NCBI GenBank assembly: GCA_013239625.1
Contig: MU053482.1
Span: 719,168 to 783,167 of the forward strand
Direction of reading: 5' to 3'
Origin: Lama guanicoe
Lineage: Eukaryota
DNA: 64,000 nt
A program made the position numbers and the translations under genes. Below are positions 61,801-64,000 of this stretch, piece after piece. Within the stretch, counting starts at the first letter, position 1, and each line of letters begins with the position of its first letter. The notes under the pieces are model-generated. The model saw only the letters and a list, made by a program, of their open reading frames with translations, had not been told where the DNA came from and did no database searches.

Positions 61801-62478
61801 CTATATGTATTACATAACACATATATTTACACATATACATTTTCATTAAAATAAATGTCTTACATTAGACATACTATTTTTTAGCCTACTTTATCAATTT
61901 AGCAAAACTTATTGAGTATTTTCTCATGTTGTTTGATATCTTGTACTTTTAAATTACTTCATAGCATTCCGTAATGTAGATGTAACACAATTGATTTCAC
62001 CAATCTATTTTTATATATTTAGATTGTTCTTTATTGTGTATTGTTTCAATTACTCTATGGTAAATAAAGCTGAGGGGACCATTCTAGTAGATAAAATTTG
62101 CATGTAATCTTAATCTTAAACTGTAGATATGGAATTGCTAGTTCAAAGAGCCTCTGATACATACTGTGAAATTCACTTACCATTTGGGCCTACAACGTTT
62201 GAAAGCTTATATCCTTTCACTTTTACCCAAAATAAGTACCATATTTAAAATTTTTGAAGAAAAAAATCTCCTTTTTAAACAATCGTATTTGATCTCAAAT
62301 GACTTTGAACTTTTTTCCTTTTTTTGCATTTGACTTCTGATGCTATGAATTGAATGATTATAGATCTTGTCTCTTTCACTGACATTGACAAGAAGATATC
62401 CGAATAACAAACCTAAAATCCTACACTTGCAATCGAGAATCTCTCCATGACCACAGCTGGGGTTTCACTCCTGTTTCT

Positions 62479-63432
62479 ATGGCTGGAGGCAACTGGACGA
62501 GAGTTAGCGAGTTTACCCTGATGAGTTTCTCTTCCTTACCTACTGAAATACAGTCATTACTCTTCCTGGTATTTTTAATCATCTACCTGGTTACCCTGAT
62601 GGGAAACGGCCTCATCCTTCTGGTCACCTGGGCTGACCCCGTGCTGCACAGCCCCATGTACTTCTTCCTCAGGAACTTGTCCTTCCTGGAGATTTGCTTC
62701 AACTTAGTTGCTGTGCCCAAGATGCTGGCGACCCTGATTGCCCAGGACACGACCATCTCCTTTCTTGGCTGTGCCACTCAGATGTATTTCTTCTTCTTCT
62801 TTGGGGTATCTGAATGCTTCCTTCTGGCTACCATGGCGTATGACCGCTATGTAGCCATCTGCAGTCCCTTGCACTACCCAGTCATCATGAGCACAAGGAC
62901 ATGTGCCAAACTGGCTGCTGCCTCCTGGTTTCCAGGCGTTCCTGTAGCTACTGTGCAGACCACGTGGCTCTTCAGCTTTCCATTCTGTGGCACCAACAAG
63001 GTGAACCACTTCTTCTGCGACAGCCCACCTGTGCTCAGGCTGGTCTGTGCAGACACAGCACTCTTTGAGGTCTATGCCATCGTTGGGACCATTCTGGTCA
63101 TCATGCTACCCTGCTTGCTCATCCTATGTTCCTACACTCGCATCGCTGCTGCCATCCTCAAGATTCCGTCAGCTAAAGGGAAGCACAAAGCCTTCTCTAC
63201 CTGCTCCTCCCACCTCCTTGTTGTCTCCCTTTTCTATGTATCTCTAAGCCTCACCTACTTCCGTCCCAAGTCCAATAATTCTCCTGAGAGCAAGAAGGTG
63301 CTGTCACTATCCTACACCGTTGTGACTCCCATGTTGAACCCCATTATCTACAGCCTGAGAAATAATGAAGTGAAGAATGCCCTCGGCCGGGCTTTCTGCA
63401 AAATCCTCAGCCTTAGAAACTGCATCCCATAG
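62479..63432 (+). CDS. Olfactory receptor OR10A2/OR10A5-like (mouse P3/P4 type), 317 aa, intact
   Basis: All OR motifs are present ([42 protein letters not shown]) with C-terminus LRNCIP. YVSLSL and its position suggest OR10A2, but conversion blurs orthology. Acceptor ccacag| at 62451-62456. Confidence 0.95.
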   Translation: MAGGNWTRVSEFTLMSFSSLPTEIQSLLFLVFLIIYLVTLMGNGLILLVTWADPVLHSPMYFFLRNLSFLEICFNLVAVPKMLATLIAQDTTISFLGCATQMYFFFFFGVSECFLLATMAYDRYVAICSPLHYPVIMSTRTCAKLAAASWFPGVPVATVQTTWLFSFPFCGTNKVNHFFCDSPPVLRLVCADTALFEVYAIVGTILVIMLPCLLILCSYTRIAAAILKIPSAKGKHKAFSTCSSHLLVVSLFYVSLSLTYFRPKSNNSPESKKVLSLSYTVVTPMLNPIIYSLRNNEVKNALGRAFCKILSLRNCIP

Positions 63433-64000
63433 ACATTAAGAAATAAGACTAAACCTTACTGAGTGAGGAACAATTAGTTCATATTTGGGATTCCTCTGCC
63501 TCTCTTCCCAGCTGCGTTGTGATAAAACCCAGCTTCTGAAATAACTACAGCAAAACTCAGTGGAGAAAAACCTGCACAGACGTAGTTTAGACCTATCACT
63601 ACCACTTGGAAACTTTCTTTGCTTTCCTGTTATAGACTTACTTTTTTATTTCCTATTGGCAATTCAACAGTTCTGTGGCCAAGTAATTCCAGATATTCAC
63701 ATTCTGGTGTTCACATTGTAAACAGTATGAAAGTGTTTGTAATCCTAACACTTGGGAACACACATAATAAAATAGAGCAAAATCAATCAAAAATCACCTT
63801 TCGCTTTGTATCATTTTGGGCAAATATGACTCCATTCATCACATGGGAAACCCTATGAGTCCTTCCAATGCATTATCTCTTCACTCCTCACTGCCTTATC
63901 ATCCTCATGAGGCAGTGTTAGTATAGTTGATTTACAATGCTTCAAGTGTACAGTAAAATGATTCAGTTATACATATATATAAATCTATTATTCTTCAGAT

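Larger units (their letters stand above)
33950..63920 (+). repeat. Ancient segmental duplication of an OR10A unit (~33950-50100 vs ~52940-63920)
   Basis: Colinear diverged anchors: 33960/52940 (shared MIR), 36975/55820, 38581/56370, 39421/57181, 41460/59440, 44380/62060, 49720/63530. Also three near-identical islands. Confidence 0.85.

Overview
Eukaryotic (mammalian) genomic DNA, probably a camelid, judging from its tRNA-derived SINEs and young L1 3' ends (inference from recall). The window is part of a class II olfactory-receptor (OR) cluster that resembles the human OR6A2-OR10A5-OR10A2 and mouse M50/I7/P3/P4 locus. It holds four single-exon OR reading frames: an OR6B/M50-like gene (-), OR6A2/I7 (-), an OR10A5-like copy that stays open but has lost 28 codons including most of TM5 (+), and an intact OR10A2-like gene (+). 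The two OR10A genes sit in an old, heavily diverged segmental duplication. Within it, three islands are near-identical: a P-element/P3-promoter-like homeodomain + O/E cluster with the exact 13-mer AACTTTTTAATGA, a ~600 bp block with a predicted 5'UTR exon, and the coding exon. This pattern suggests localized gene conversion of an OR regulatory unit and is the most interesting signal here. The rest is L1, SINE, LTR, MIR and hAT debris, plus a 2.18 kb near-perfect tandem duplication that may be an assembly artefact. No prokaryotic-type system, CRISPR array or RNA gene is supported. All comparisons were made by eye.
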